Assembly (NCBI RefSeq): GCF_009914755.1
Contig: NC_060926.1
DNA length: 64,000 nt
From: the human T2T-CHM13v2.0 reference genome, Homo sapiens
Strand: one strand, 5' to 3'
Made by a program: the position numbers and the translations under genes. A model generated the notes under the pieces. It made no database searches. It had not been told where the DNA came from and worked only from the letters and a program-made list of their open reading frames with translations. Below are positions 1 to 15,232 of this stretch, piece by piece (within the stretch, counting starts at the first letter, position 1; each line of letters opens with the position of its first letter).

Positions 1-274
1 AGATGCAACCTATGTCTCTTTTTTTTCAAAATGAGGAAAATATGGTTTTTCTTAATGGGAGTGTTTTGAGGGCAAGGTAGAAAAATTCATGGAAACATGT
101 GAGCACAATTCCTGTCACATAAATGTTTATGACTCAACCACAATTTATATAAATTTATTCTATGCATCTGACTTTATTTTCCAATTTAAGTACAGAATAA
201 AAACAATAGCAAATTATAAAGTTATATCAGTAAAAAACACAACAGTTTACTAGAATACCATAGAAAGCTATCAT

Positions 275-450
275 TTGGAGTAAAAAATATCAATTCCAGT
301 CCTAGTTTTGCCACTTCCTTGATTTATTTCTAACTCTGGACAAGCCATTAGAGTTTTTTTTTTTTAACCCCAGTTTCTTTAAATCTATAAAATGAGTTGA
401 TTTTAGTAGTCCTTCTTATATCACAATGTAATGTGAGAAGCAAATTAGAT
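275..450 (+). mobile_element. MIR SINE fragment (highly diverged)
   Basis: MIR-core-like succession TCCAGTCCTAGTTTTGCCACTT...GGACAAGCCATTA...CAGTTTCTTTAAATCTATAAAATGAG; boundaries approximate. Confidence 0.6.
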
Positions 451-2150
451 AATTGAATATCCTTTAGAGTAAATAGTAGCACCAATTTTAATTATTGTGT
501 TTATACTTGGCCAATCTTGAAAATAAGTTTATATTGCTAATGCCAGTATTTCAAATTTTAAGTCTAGGGTTTTAAGGCTGCTCTCAACAGTTCCTTAATT
601 TATTCTGTCTAGTCCACCAAAATCTGAAAAAAAAGTGACCTTCAAAACAGAAATAATAAACCTGCAGAGTTGCTGAGAGTCAACACATTAATTATTTCTC
701 CATTCAGTGTGATACAGAAGCTTTCAAAGTGAGATCAGCGCTGCTTTAGCCTGTTGTATCGCATCAATCTTAGGGGTCATGACAAACATTCAAATCTCTC
801 CAGAAAGAGTGTTCAGTGTGGGGGCCAGATTAGCAAGATTAAACACTGCTTTTTGGTTGCAGCATTGCTAATTTTCATATTAGTAGAAAATATCATGTTC
901 ATATATACATATATATGTATCAAACCAACTCTCAAATAGTTTTCCATTATCCTCCATATTGAAAGACCTACCACATAATGCCCATCCATTAAATTCTATG
1001 AAACTATGATTCATTAATGTGAACAATCATGAGTTAATTGAACAAACTTTTTTGCTCTTTTTATACATATACAAACCAATCACGCTGGATTATCATCACT
1101 GCCTGATGAATAAATTGAACCCAAGTTGACTTTCAAAGTCATCTACATAGTATTTAATAGTTGATAGCTGTTAATGAGCCAATTAAACAAAATATTTAAT
1201 GTAGACTTCTTGAGAATGTATAAACCACAAGTGACCTTATAAAGTACAGTACGATGAAAATAGCTAATGTTCCAGAATATGCTTGTGACAAATGTGTCCG
1301 GGGCATAGAGAGGTGAGAGGAGTGACTGAAATATTTTCGTCATTGGTCAGTGATGGATTGAATTAACCCTTGGGAAAGATCCACTTTTTCTTTTTTGGGG
1401 GGTGGCAGGCATAACTTTCTGCATATTTACATTATTGGACACTCCTCCAAACTGACAATATCCACTTACATTATTACACAATAATTCTAAAATCTACCAA
1501 AATGGAAACATCATTATTTGCAGTTTATTTTAGCTTCTAAACTAAATTAATCAAAAAGCATATGTCAGGGAGAAAAGCAGTTAAGAATGTTATCCTTTAA
1601 AAATGTTAGAGTCCTACATAACAGAATTCGAGTCCCTGCAGGAAAATGATAAAACTCCAGAGTTGAGGAGAGTAGCTTACACTTGCAATTTAAGGCAATC
1701 AATTTAAAGTTAATAATAATTTTAATCAGTGTTTAAACTGATGAGTAATCTGATCTGGTAATTATTGCAGATTTTCCAACTCCACAAACCCTTATCTGGA
1801 AAATGACCTCGTACTTCTGCCTACTCAATATGCATAGTGATTATACTGATACTTTAAAACCCTAGAATAGAGGAGGAGAGGCAGGACTTAGATGGTAACT
1901 CAGGTTCCTTTTTTTTCTCTCTGTCTCTGTCTCTATCTCTTCCCAACATAACATATTCTTTAATTTTCAATGTATCTTATTGTTGCCTCCAGGAATAAGC
2001 AGGTGGCTTATGGATCTCCAAAGTTTAATCACTTTTAAGTGTTCTGTGATGTTGGCACAAGATACAATATTCTGCAGTACAGATGCAGGATAGTAGAAGT
2101 AGGCCTTCATTGTTGTCAGTGCAAATTGTAGGATTCAAACAATATTCTAA

Positions 2151-2504
<354 letters not shown>

Positions 2505-4309
2505 TCCCCTTGTTCTTTTTATGGTAGCATAACCTAATTGTCATCATTGTGTCCAGGTTTTATATCACAGTAAGATCTCCAAAGACTTGTTTTACATCTC
2601 TTGGGTTAATTCTATTTTGAATAGTGTAATACTGCCTTCTTAGCCTGTGTATTTGCTAACCATGCGGCCATTATTTCATAGGCCTCTCTGTTTCTACCAA
2701 ATTACCTGTACTGTTAAAGTTTTGGGAAGGAAATACATGAAGTAGAAAAATAGAGCTTTTTTTAATGATATCAATTGTTCTACCAACAGAAGATACATGT
2801 GTAGTCTCTTTCAAATTAGCATTTTTATCCAGAAGTCTTTAAAATATGTTATTGCACATAAGAGGAAAATGTTTTTCAAGTTAAAAACCAAATCAACTCT
2901 TTTTATAACTCCCAAAATTCAATAACATTAAAAATTGGCCATTATTTTTGGTCAAAATTAAATTGAGCAGAGGTTGGAAACATTCAGTTTCAAACATTAC
3001 CCATCCTGCCAAATGTTTATTATAATAAACTAAAATTTTTGAATGTATAATAAAAATGTTTAATTCCTTCTCTTTGTGTTCTTCCCCCATCCCATCAATT
3101 GAGCAGGCTACTGTTCTTGGACATTGAGAATATTTCACTAAAATAAAGATGACTAATGGCCTAGATTTTTTTTTTGGAAGGAGACTAAGGCTATTTGGAA
3201 AAATAGATTCAAAAGGAAAAGTGAGAAAAGACATTAAGTTTACTGTTAGTGTGTGCACGTGTCTATATACTTACAGCTTGACTTTTAAGGAGCAAGAAAT
3301 TCTTATAAGTTGTTCCTTATTTTTTTTAAAAATGTAACTATGCAACATGGAAACATAATTTAAAAGAAATTTATTGGGGGTAAAAGTTAACATTTTAATC
3401 TCAAAACTGATTCAGCTTTGGTTTAACAAAAAGGATTGGGGAATTCTAATTTTATCCAATAAGTACTTCCACCCTAGATAATGTTGCATAAGCTTAAAGA
3501 AGTGATAACTGTAAAATGATGTGTTGCAACAGTATGATTATATATCATTTAAAATAGGCCTTCAGTGGGTAACCTGATAATTACCCCATTTATTGTGGTA
3601 TATATATAGTAGAGATAAAATAAAGCATGGAAAGCTACAGAGGAAGCTAAGAAATGGTATCTTAATAACTTAATTTGAAAGTAGATTTCAAAGTTGGCAT
3701 TTTCTTCCTCTTTGAGAGTTTCAGGGAAATTGTGACAGATGACACATGTACAAATGCTTTTGAAAGTCACCTGTCAAAAATAATTTCACATCACAGTTAT
3801 CAGCTATCTTCTTCAGGCTAGAGAAGTATGTGCATATCTTAGAAGGGCCCAGTTTATCATCAGGCAAGTTTCCACTCCAGCATTAAGTTCGGGAGTGTAT
3901 CATCAATCATCACCTTTGCCCCACAAGATGAATGGTATCTTAGATTTGCTTGATGCTTTTACTTCATATAATGTAAGAAATTTATTTCCATAAAATTATC
4001 CACCTCTTTTGGGGAAAATATTTGTCACAGATTGGGGGGACTTTTGGATATGCTATCTGGGCCGTGCTTTTTTCGTACCCTGCTTTCTCTGCCTTTTCTG
4101 ATTTACAGACTTAACCTACCCTTGACTTAACCTACCCTTAGCAACCTACAGAAGACATCTCCTACATTCTGGAGCCTGCCCATTCCCATACAACTAGTCC
4201 TTAGATATTATATGACTCTGATAAGACTTTTTAATTAATGTTCATTATAGCACCTATTGAACTCAACTGTGGCTCATTTAACATATCGATTCAACACCTG
4301 GAATAATAA

Positions 4310-4520
4310 TTAATAATAATGTTTTATTGAAAAACAACCATGTATCAAGTATTATGATGGGCAATTCATAAGCATTATTTCATTTAATGCTCATCAAAAT
4401 CCTTTCAAGGATTACTATTCCCATTCAACAGGAAACTTAACTAATTTGCCTGTTGCTAATTAGGAGGCAAAACTCCTTTTCCACTCAAATTTGCTGGACT
4501 CTTGAGCCATGCACTTTTCT
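4310..4520 (-). mobile_element. MIR SINE fragment
   Basis: TTTATTGA...CATGTATCAAGTATTATG...TCATTTAATGCTCATCAAAATCCT...TATTCCCATT, typical reverse MIR. Confidence 0.6.
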
Positions 4521-5379
4521 CATCTCTATATTAATTCCCATTGATAAGCTCAGAAGTTATAAAGATAAACATACAGTCCTTGCCCTCAGAGAACTCACAT
4601 TATAATAATGGCAATTAATTATGAAAATTATATTTAAAGTGCAATGTAAAATTAATGCATGTCCTGCTCTTTATTGACCTTTTTTATTAGGTCTTATTAT
4701 CCTCAGCATCTCAACATTGCCGTAGAGGATGCTAAATACATGTTTGTTCAGTGAGCAAATAAATACCACTATTACTACTATATGCTACTAAATTACATTT
4801 TGTAACAACATAGTCTAACAGAATAACACGTTGGATTATATGAAATGAAATTTCATGTAATACTGAGAAATGCCTGGGGCTGTGATTCAGGAGAAATATA
4901 CTCAGTATTAGGAAACAGAGTGTAACACAGGAACAAGACATTTTGCTAAAGCTCAGTGAATTCCTGGTCCAAGCCAGGAGCCTTTGTTAATCTTATTTGA
5001 GTCTCCCCCCATTAGTTAACAGAATGGAGTTAATTTCCAATTCACCTGCCTATCATTTGCCTGGTTGACTTAAACTCTGAGATGCCATTTTTATATTGGT
5101 AAAAAGGAGAATGATGCTAGCCTTATGTATCTCACATGAAATGAGATCATACATGTGCAATACTTGCTACAGCACCAAGCACACAGATAATGCTTAACAA
5201 ATGCTTGTTTAATGTAAAACGAGATCTAATAGATCTATACAGTATGGAATCTCTATAGAGCAAATTCAGGATGGTGCAATAGAAGCTACAGCTTCTCAGA
5301 GAAGAATAAAAATGGTGTACTATAACTTTTTCTATGGATTTTACAATGTGAATACTAAGAACTCACTCTAGTATGAAGC

Positions 5380-5620
5380 AGAATAGCATACTGGTGAGGA
5401 GCTCAGATACTGAGTTAGATTGCTTATTATAAATTCCTGGTTCTATTAATTTCTATTTTTGTGACCTTCAATATAGTACGTAGGTTTTTATGTGTCTCAG
5501 TTCTTCATCTATAAAACTGGGTTAATCATAGAACAAGAACTACTGAGTCTGTTGTATTAAGTGGATAAAACAAAAAAAGGGACTTAGGACAACAGTGCCA
5601 TGTAGTAAACATTGTAAAAA
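5380..5620 (+). mobile_element. MIR SINE
   Basis: AGCATACTGGTGAGGAGCTCAGATACTGAGTTAGA...GTGACCTT...GTGTCTCAGTTCTTCATCTATAAAACTGGG MIR core. Confidence 0.7.
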
Positions 5621-6930
5621 CAAAAAGACTAATAGCATCATCTTTGCAGGTACAGCTACCTGTGGTCATTGATTCATGCTGTGAAGTTCAAGTTATCTAA
5701 GTTAATTCATTTTTAAAGTTCAAGCTTTGGCAAAGAGCCACTAAGACACACAAAAACCCGTATATTAATGAATGAGATTTGCGAAGCTTAATGTGAAAGT
5801 TCAACAGTTTCCCTTTATTGGAGAGCATCTACTATAATAAAATGCCAACATGAAGAAAAAAGATCAAAGGCCCTTATTGTCACAGAGGAGCTTACTATGT
5901 AGAGAGAGGTATACAAATCGTATAGAGATATGTAGGCATATACATGCATATGTACCTGTATATTTTTACATAGGAAAGGTATGTGTGAAGTATTAAAATA
6001 ATAGGAGCTACTAAAGATTGACATTTTATAAAACAGAAATTAAAGAAGATGTGACATTTGGTTGAATTTGGAAGAATGACTAATTTACTCAAACCAGTAT
6101 GTCTGGTAATGTTGTGCATGTATGTCCAGTACCCATGCATGGCTGGCAGAGAGAGCGGGGCTGAATCCCAGGCCATGAAGTGATCACAAACCTAATATCT
6201 TTGCTTGGATTCCCCATGGGGGAAGTGCCAAACTCCAAATTTACTTCATGACAAGGTATTGGCCAAAGAGGAAGGGGTTCTGACACTCCGTTAGAATTAA
6301 AGTATAGCACATTCCCAGTTAATAGAACTGGAGATAAGTCTACTTCTGATTGCTTTACACTGCCTATTGCAACATGATGTTGGAAAATAAGCAAAGTGAG
6401 TATCTGGCAGGAGACAATCTGAACTTAACATCACTTTTTTTTCTAATTTTTATTAAAATGACTGAAGAAAGAAAAGAATGGACAACATGTAAAGCACTTT
6501 TAAAACTTAAGGGAAAATCCTGAAAACTAAAGGAATTTCTAAAAGATAAATTACAGGTGAGATAAAAATGGTGGATGGCCTCACTGTGTATTGCAAATTA
6601 GAGAAAAGTACCCCTAGATAATAAAACCTGGCACTAAGCTGGTCAACAACAACTTCTAATTAGGATCATTGGGCACCTACAAAAAAAGGAGAGCCTCCAC
6701 TCAGGCAGTGTGGGTGGGGGGCTGGGTATGAGACAATGAGTTCAAATGTAGATACAACTAACAAATTTTAAAGAATCTTTTTAAGTATCAGATGGAATAC
6801 CGTAGAAAACAGATCAATGATTTAGAAAGTTAGAACAAGAATCTTTCCAGAACTCAGGAAAAAAAAATAAGAAGATACATATTATGAAAAACATAAAAAG
6901 AAGGATTACGGTGATTGGTTTTCAAAGATA

Positions 6931-6933
<3 letters not shown>

Positions 6934-6964
<31 letters not shown>
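6934..6964. repeat. (CA)n microsatellite
   Basis: About 15 uninterrupted CA units. Confidence 0.98.
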
Positions 6965-6968
<4 letters not shown>

Positions 6969-7977
6969 TATTTCAGGAAAAATGAAGAAAACGGAAGTCA
7001 CAGGAGCAACAACAATCCAATGTATACTAATTTCTGAGCCCAAAGGTAGCCTCACATCAGAAAGTCTCTTAGTGGATGTAGTCAAAATTAATGAAAAAAT
7101 ATATAATACATACAATTGTGAATATAAAACTAATCTTGATGACCATCAAAAAAAGGGAAAGTGATATATTTTCATGACATTTCTTAAAGTATCATAAAAT
7201 AAATTGAAAGTAAATTGAGCTATTGCCTTGCATACTATCAATTTATACGGAGGATAAAGGAATATATTAAAAGTTATAAATTAATACATTTTTACCAATC
7301 AAATGATATAAATACTAGAGGTGATATATGGACAAGAGATATAGAGACTATTTCATTTTTCATAAATATAGAGACTGGTTTATTTGTGTATAATCTATTA
7401 TGGAAATAAGACCATAAATTTCAAATTGTTTAAAATACTACTTTCCGCTTCCTAAAAAAATCTGCCTATTGAAAAGGGAGAACATCTGCCAGCTAGAAAC
7501 TTGTAAGTTGTTTCACTTGGTTCTTAATGCTTCCTGTTTTTTTTTAAATTGAGATACACATCACATACCATAAAAGTCACCTTTGTAAAGCATAAAACTA
7601 AGTGGTTTTTAGTCTCTTCACAGAGTTATACTATCACCACTGTCTAATTTTGGACCATTTCCTACACTCTAAAATGAAACCTAGAAACTGCTAGCATTCA
7701 TTTCTCATGCTCTCTCAATGGGAACCCCTGACAACCATGAATCTCCTTTCTATCTTCCTAGATTTGCCTATCCTGAACATTTCATATAACTGAATTTATA
7801 CAATATGTGACATTTTCTGTCTGGCTTCCTTTAATTGTATATGTTTTCAACGTTCTTCTATGTTATAGCACATACTATGTTATGGTACTTCATTTTCTGA
7901 CATGGTTAGATAATATTCCAATGTGTGGATACACTACATTTTGAAAGCTGTTATTCAGTTGATTGACATTTGAGGTG

Positions 7978-8489
7978 TGTTGGGAACAGGCCCCCCAAAA
8001 TCTGGCCATAAACTGGCCCCAAAACTGGCCATAAACAAAATCTCTACAGCACTGTAACATGTTCATGATGGCCATAAGGCCTACGCTGGAAGGTTGTGGG
8101 TTTACCGGAATGAGGGCAAGGAACACCTGGACCTCCCAGGGGTGAAAACCGCTTAAAGGCATTCTTAAACCACAAACAATAGCATGAGCGATCTGTGCCT
8201 TAAGGGCATGTTCCTGCTGCAGATATCTAGCCAGACCCACCCCTTTATTTGGGCCCATCCCTTCGTTTCCCATAAGGTATACTTTTAGTTAGTTTGATAT
8301 CTATAGAAACAATGCTAATGACTGGCTTGCTGTTAATAAATACATGGGTAAATCTCTATTCGAGGCTTTCAACTCTGAAGGCTGTGAGACCCCTGATTTC
8401 CACTTTACCCCTCTATATTTCTGTGTGTGTGTCTTTAATTTCTCTAGCGCCACTGGGTTAGGGTCTCCCCGACCGAGTTGGTCTCATCA
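7978..8489 (+). mobile_element. MER9 solo LTR (HERV-K9/HML-3), 512 bp
   Basis: TG...CA termini; starts TGTTGGGAACAGGCCCCCCAAAATCTGGCCATAAACTGGCCCC and ends GGGTCTCCCCGACCGAGTTGGTCTCATCA, as in the recalled MER9 consensus; perfect 6-bp TSD GAGGTG (7972-7977, 8490-8495); AATAAA at 8335. Confidence 0.95.
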
Positions 8490-8645
8490 GAGGTGTTTCT
8501 CATTTTGGCCGTTATGAATAACATATATATTATGAATATAATAATACTATTAACATACATGTACAGGCTTTCATGTGGATACGTTTTTTAGATTTTCTTG
8601 GATATATACCTAGAAGTACTGGGTCATATGGAACTCTACATTTCA

Positions 8646-8648
<3 letters not shown>

Positions 8649-8692
<44 letters not shown>

Positions 8693-8699
8693 TGTGTGT
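8649..8699. repeat. (TG)n microsatellite
   Basis: About 20 perfect TG units plus an interrupted extension. Confidence 0.98.
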
Positions 8700-9867
8700 T
8701 GGAAGAGTTCAAGAAGGATTTGTGGCAATTCTGTTTTTAAATATTTGGTAGAATTCCCCAGTGAAGCCATCTTGTTCTGGACTTTTAATTTTGTAGAACT
8801 AATTCAATTGTTTTACTTGTTATAGGTATATTCTGGTGTCCTATTACTTCGTGGGGGTAATGTTGGTAGCTTGTGTATTTCAAGAGATTTGTCTATTTTC
8901 AACTTTGCCTTAGCCTTTCCTTCCTAGTTATGTACAGCTTCATAGCCAGCCACGAGAGCACAGGGCCTTCTAAAGTCTTTCTTGAGCATGTTCACAACTC
9001 TGTATATGTGGGTGGCTTTCTAGATTCTCTGGAATATATAGTAGTTTTACAAAGATCTTATGGACATCACATTCTTTAGCTTTATCATTTTCGCATTTTA
9101 GTTATTCTTTGCCCAGCTTTTGGCTTGTCTTTTCTATCTGTTGCCTCAGGCAGCTGCAAAGTTGAAAACACTTGCCTGTAAAACATATTTCAGAAATACC
9201 CTCTAAGAGAAAGCTCTTAGGCCTGGCAAGCTCCAGTTGGGTCAAATGAAAACAAGCCTTTTGAATTAAAACTTACAGGCAAGTACTGCACAGATCAGAT
9301 TATATATATATATATAAAATCGGAAATGAGGCTATGAATGAGCTATCGCGTGCTTCTGCTTTTTCCAGAATGCAGGCTATTTTATTTTTGGCAAAAATAT
9401 ATCCGAGTTTGAAATCAGGGAATGGGACTATGAGAAGATAAAAATGCCACCAAATTCATGCTTCTTACAGAGGCTCAGTCATTTTTTTAAAAAATAAAAT
9501 ACAATAAATGCTCCACAGGTTGCTGCATGACTTTGGTTAGTTTCAACAGTGATGAAAATGTTACTTCTGACAAACTTTTGCCAGTTTTTGAGTTGACTTT
9601 ATTGAGAGACAAATTTTCAGAAGTCCTTTCTCTGCCATTTTCATGGATGTCACTCTCTCTATATATATATTTTAAAGATAAAACATAAATGACCAAACTA
9701 CATCCTAAAAATGTTCAATCTTTCTACCTTGCAGAAAAGCAAACTAAAATATTATTATCACTAAAAATTTGACAAATGGCTTTTATTTACTCATTTTTCT
9801 ATTTTCCCTTCAAACATTTCTACTAAGATATTGTATCTTTTTTTATAACATTAGGTTATAAAGTTGA

Positions 9868-10168
9868 TTTTTTTGTTTGTTTGCTTCTTTGTTGTTTTGA
9901 GACAGAGTTTTGCTCTTGTTGCCCAGGCTAGAGGGCAATGGCATGCTCTCCGCTCACTGCATCTTCTGCCTCCCAGGTTCAAGCAATTCTCCTGCCTCAA
10001 CCTCCTGAGTAGCTGGGACTACAGGCACGCACTACCATGCCCAGCTAATTTTTGTATTATTAGTAGAGACGGGGTTTCACCATGTTGGCCAGGCTGGTCT
10101 CGAACTCCTGACCTCAGGTGACCCTCCCAAAGTGCTGGGATTACAGGTGTGAGCCACTGTGCCTGGCC
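9868..10168 (-). mobile_element. Alu, AluSq-like, with a ~14-bp internal deletion
   Basis: GAGTTTTGCTCTTGTTGCCCAGG; ACCTCAGGTGA joins directly to CCCTCCCAAAGTG, missing the TCCGCCCGCCTCGG-type segment. Confidence 0.93.
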
Positions 10169-11766
10169 AAAAGTATTTTTTTGAAATAACAATTTTAAAA
10201 TTAAATGGCTGTTTCTTTCAGAATATTGACATTTGAATCCCAAGTTACCCTTGGGATTACTACCTGTGCATGTCTAATATTTTATTCTCCTTTTTGTTTT
10301 TTATCTCAGAGATCACACATCCTTTGGGAATAGTACACGTAGGTAAACACAAGAGGATAAAGAGTATTTCACAGAAAACTTTGAAATACACACCTTCAAT
10401 GCCAAAAACAAATCATCAAAATCTTCGCAAAGGACGTAAAAATGATACATAAAATCCCACTGTCCAATTTAGATTCTATACAATAATTACATAACTTAAA
10501 CTTTAATTTGTTTGTGCTTCAGAATGCTCCAACAACAAAAATTTTCCAAACCTATATTCTTTTTGATATATGCATATTTTGTTATGGTTATCCAGAGACC
10601 TTCACATGCTTATTAAATTTCCAATATGCATTATTATAATAAATACAATGAAAATTGAAAATTTATGAGTGATATAAAGATACATCTCTGGTATTTCATA
10701 TATTCATTAAAATATGCCCAAACTCTCAATATTTTAAGTGTATTGAAATTTACTAAATTAGAATCTTGCTCCTGAATTCTTCTAAAGGAAGACTAACAAT
10801 AGCAATAAATTATAATTATGCCTAGAATAGAAAGAAAAGAGAAACGGAGATTTATTCCTGTAACATTATCTAAGTCTGAATAGGACTATTAAAAACCTGA
10901 AGTTCTAATCACATAAAAATTATGAAAATGTAAAAACAAATCTAAATTGTTTTCTTGTTTAATAACAACCAACTAAAGAATTTGTTCCCATTCATGGGGA
11001 TGTATGCTTCAGAGTTTTACAAGTAGCAAAATTCAAGAATATACAGTATCTGTTGTTGATAAAGAAAAATCTTCAAACAGGATCCAAAACCCAGCATTTG
11101 TGAAGGAAAGTTGAGGACACTAGTGTCCAAGCTTCATCTACATACCACCTCCACTACAGCTCAGGCCACATCGGGCTAGTGGGTGGTATAAAGTATGAGA
11201 ATTAATAATATTTTTTGACTTGGTAAGACTCTCTTATTTTAGTTTGGATCATTGAATTATGCAACTCCTCTGTCCCTCAAAAATTCTGACTTGTTTTTGA
11301 CTAATTTGAAAATATACATTATTAATACATTTTTATATATACATTAAAATAAAATTTATCTGAAAAACTCAGAGTCATAAGAATGTTATTAAATTTTCAA
11401 ATGTTGAAGTCTATGGTGTTAATTTAAGATCCCAGATTGAGAATAATGACTCCAGTTGGCACCATAAAAATGGGGAAAAATTAAATCAACTAATTACAGT
11501 TCTGACTCTATTTAAAAAGTATAGGTTAATCTCTTTTAAATGAGTGGGCTTTAGCTGAATATCTGCCTGACTCATGTCAGCATACTTATAAACTTATACA
11601 TTTAACATGTTTTTCATTGCAATTGAAACATTATTTCTGTGAAAAAACCTGATGGTCTAAACACATAAATATATTTTCTCTCAAAATAGATGAATCCAAA
11701 GATTTAGAGCATATAATTAATTGAGATTCCAACATACAATCCTGGGTCACCCAAGACTGCCTTATA

Positions 11767-12115
<349 letters not shown>

Positions 12116-12259
12116 TCAGTTATTCGGCTACTTGCGTCTGTCAGATTACCATAGAAGACTTTGGAAGATGATGGTTTGTTAAGACAGAAGAAGCATAAAT
12201 ATTATTCTTAAGCACACTATATAGATTGTTGCTTCCTAAAGTGTGATGTTAATATCAAT

Positions 12260-12372
12260 AGCCTCATTGACATCAGTTGGGAGATCTTTCAGCATGCAGA
12301 ATATCAATCTGCATCCCAGACCAGTGGCATCAGAATCTGCATTTGAACAAGATCTCCAGGTGATTCATACAC
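12260..12372. mobile_element. MER5-family hAT-Charlie MITE fragment
   Basis: CCCAGACC...ATCAGAATCTGCATTTGAACAAGATCTCCAGGTGATTCATAC, a MER5 hallmark. Confidence 0.7.
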
Positions 12373-14885
12373 CTGCTATGTTTCTGATACAGAGGCAAAC
12401 ACTATTAAATATTTGCTGGTTCTTCAGTGTTTTTTTTTTCCCTAGTATGTTATAGTTTACATATTCATAGAACTTGACAATACTATAAGTATTTTCTTAT
12501 GTCATTAACATTTTAAAATATTACTTTAGAATTCCATTATCACATATACTTATTGGAAAAAATTAGTAAAATAGGCCAGAAATTAAATACTATCCAATTC
12601 TTCTTACTTAGTGTAAAATTTTGGTCTATATTTCAATCAGATAAATACATTAATTATTATTATCTATTATACATAGGATGAGGAATTATATAGCATTTCC
12701 AGTACAGACATTTTCCTTTCCATTATTTGTTTTTTCTATGTTATAATTCCTTCTATGAAAATGTTTTCAATGTGATCCACACAAATCATTAGCATTTTTT
12801 ATTATGAACCTAAGGATGAATCTTAGAGAATGTGCAACAGTCTTTCTACACCAAAAGATATTATTGATTTCTGAATTTTCATTTTTTCCATAATCTTCAA
12901 ATACATTGAAAAATATGGGTATAATGAGTGAATGTGAATATAAGATGAATTCAAATTTCATGTTGCAGAAAACTCTCATTTCCCTTCCTTTATAATGTTT
13001 TTTTCTGTCTCTCTCTCTCTCTATATATACAAATATATATTTCACTTTACAATAGTTTTAAAAATTCACTATGGCTAAATCTGTGACCTTCAGCCAAGTA
13101 TTTTTTTTCTGGGAATCTGGTGAAGCTTCTTGATTTTTATGCTAGTCATTCTTTTCTTCAGCTGAGGGCATTTTATTTAATAAATTTAATTTTACCATTT
13201 ATCTTTATGAGAAATGCACTCTTCGTTAGTTCTACATGGTTCTTCTTATAAATAACATATTGTGTACATTTATATTTTTCCCCTACATTGTTTAAAAAGT
13301 TCACTCTTCTTATAAATTTTCAATATTGCATAGTGATATTTTATGTTTTGTTTTCTTGAATGCAATTTTAAATGTCTTAATGGATATTTTAACTGGCTCC
13401 AACTTCATCTGCATCTATTTCTCATCTAATTTTATGATTTTGTTTTATCATATCTGCATTTATACTTGTTATAACATAGATGGTCTAACCTAACCAGCCT
13501 TTGCTAACAGTGTGAGTGTGAGGTTTCATTTGTACATCCTGTGTTCTTGGGCATTTGTACATCCTGTCTTCATGGGCCTGGCTGATCATCTTCAAATTTG
13601 GAGCTTGGAAGTGAATTATTGTCCACAGTCCCTTGAACACTTTTTTCTGTTGAAACTGACTTTATCATTTAGGAATTAGTAGTAGTAAGATCATATCTTC
13701 TGTGTCCTCTACTGCTTGGAATTATAAAAAACTGAAGGCTGAATATTCAACACCCCTGTTATTAAGCTTATGGTACTCTATTTCTGGTGATGGAATTTCC
13801 AAGTTTTCACAACTCTGAATTTGCCTTACCCATTTTTACATATGTGTATATATCTGGCTGGATATATTTTTTATCACTGTGAATTATAGTCTACTACAAG
13901 GAGAAAAAGAAGTACTGATTTTGGACAGAGAGAAGGAGAACTATTTAGAAATTAGTCCCAAAACATTAGCATGAAAAAAGGTCAATTGTTGCAAACCTTG
14001 ACTTTCTAAATCAAGAAGTGGACAAAGGTAAGAATAGATTTTCTTCTAATTGTTGGTTGGCACTGAAAAGTTGTGTCAGAATTTGAATTAGTCAAATAAA
14101 ATTCTATTAAGTTATGGTTTAAAGGAAAACCAGTTACATTGGCAGAGGTTTGACTTAAGTTTCACTTTTTTTCCAAGATAACAAGATATTTTTTCTATGT
14201 TTTTGTTAGCATTTCTGTGGAAACGTATTTACCACCATATCTAGACTCCTAACTTGTTGCTAATTTAAAACCAAAACTGTCTCTGAGACACAGAAACCAG
14301 ATCAATATTCTTGCATAAAAATTTAAGATTTATTTTATTTTATTGTCATCAATAATGCTTTCCTACATAGTAGATAATATGTGCGCTGTTTCTGCTAATA
14401 CCTGGTAACTTTGAAGATGAAACAGATCAATGTCAAGTATAGATGTTACACCCTTTCAAAACTTATACAGAAATTGATTTTGGAAGGAACAGTTTTGTTT
14501 TTAATAAGCACTAATTATTTGACTATTATTTCTACAACTTGTAAATGTTAGGCTTAACCACAAATTAATTGGAAGTCTGTGTCAGTCTGTTTATTTGTCT
14601 CGATAAGAAAATCAGAGGTTAATTTTTAAAAAATTTCTTCAGACTAAATAAAACCTTGGCTTTATATGTAGGTTTACATTTCACAGAAGTTTGTGTCTTG
14701 TTTCACAGTAATTAGGAGGATATAGCCAAGGTGGCAGCAATACTAATACTACTACTTAGGATCCCTTTTGTAAACTTGGCATAAAAATAAGGTCTACATT
14801 TTTCTCTCATACACTCAAATTGTATGCAAATATGATGATAAAAATCAAAATTTAAAATTAATTTTCAATTTTGTTTTAAAAATGG

Positions 14886-15232
<347 letters not shown>

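Larger units (their letters stand above)
7540..8900 (-). mobile_element. Old L1M (L1MB/MC-like) 3' region, interrupted by a MER9 LTR and (TG)n
   Basis: Reverse L1M 3'UTR motifs (TTGAGATACACATCACATACCATAAAA, GATTTGCCTATCCTGAACATTTCATATAA, GGATATATACCTAGAAGT) continue on both sides of the LTR; reverse ORF2 motif TTTGGTAGAATTCCCCAGTGAAGCCATC near 8745. Confidence 0.8.

Noticed and set aside
640-900. Unique-looking stretch that might be a conserved non-coding element
   Set aside because: Conservation cannot be judged from one sequence and no decisive motif is present.
7890-8273. 127-aa minus-strand ORF
   Set aside because: It lies antisense within the MER9 LTR and L1 flank and has no recognisable domain.
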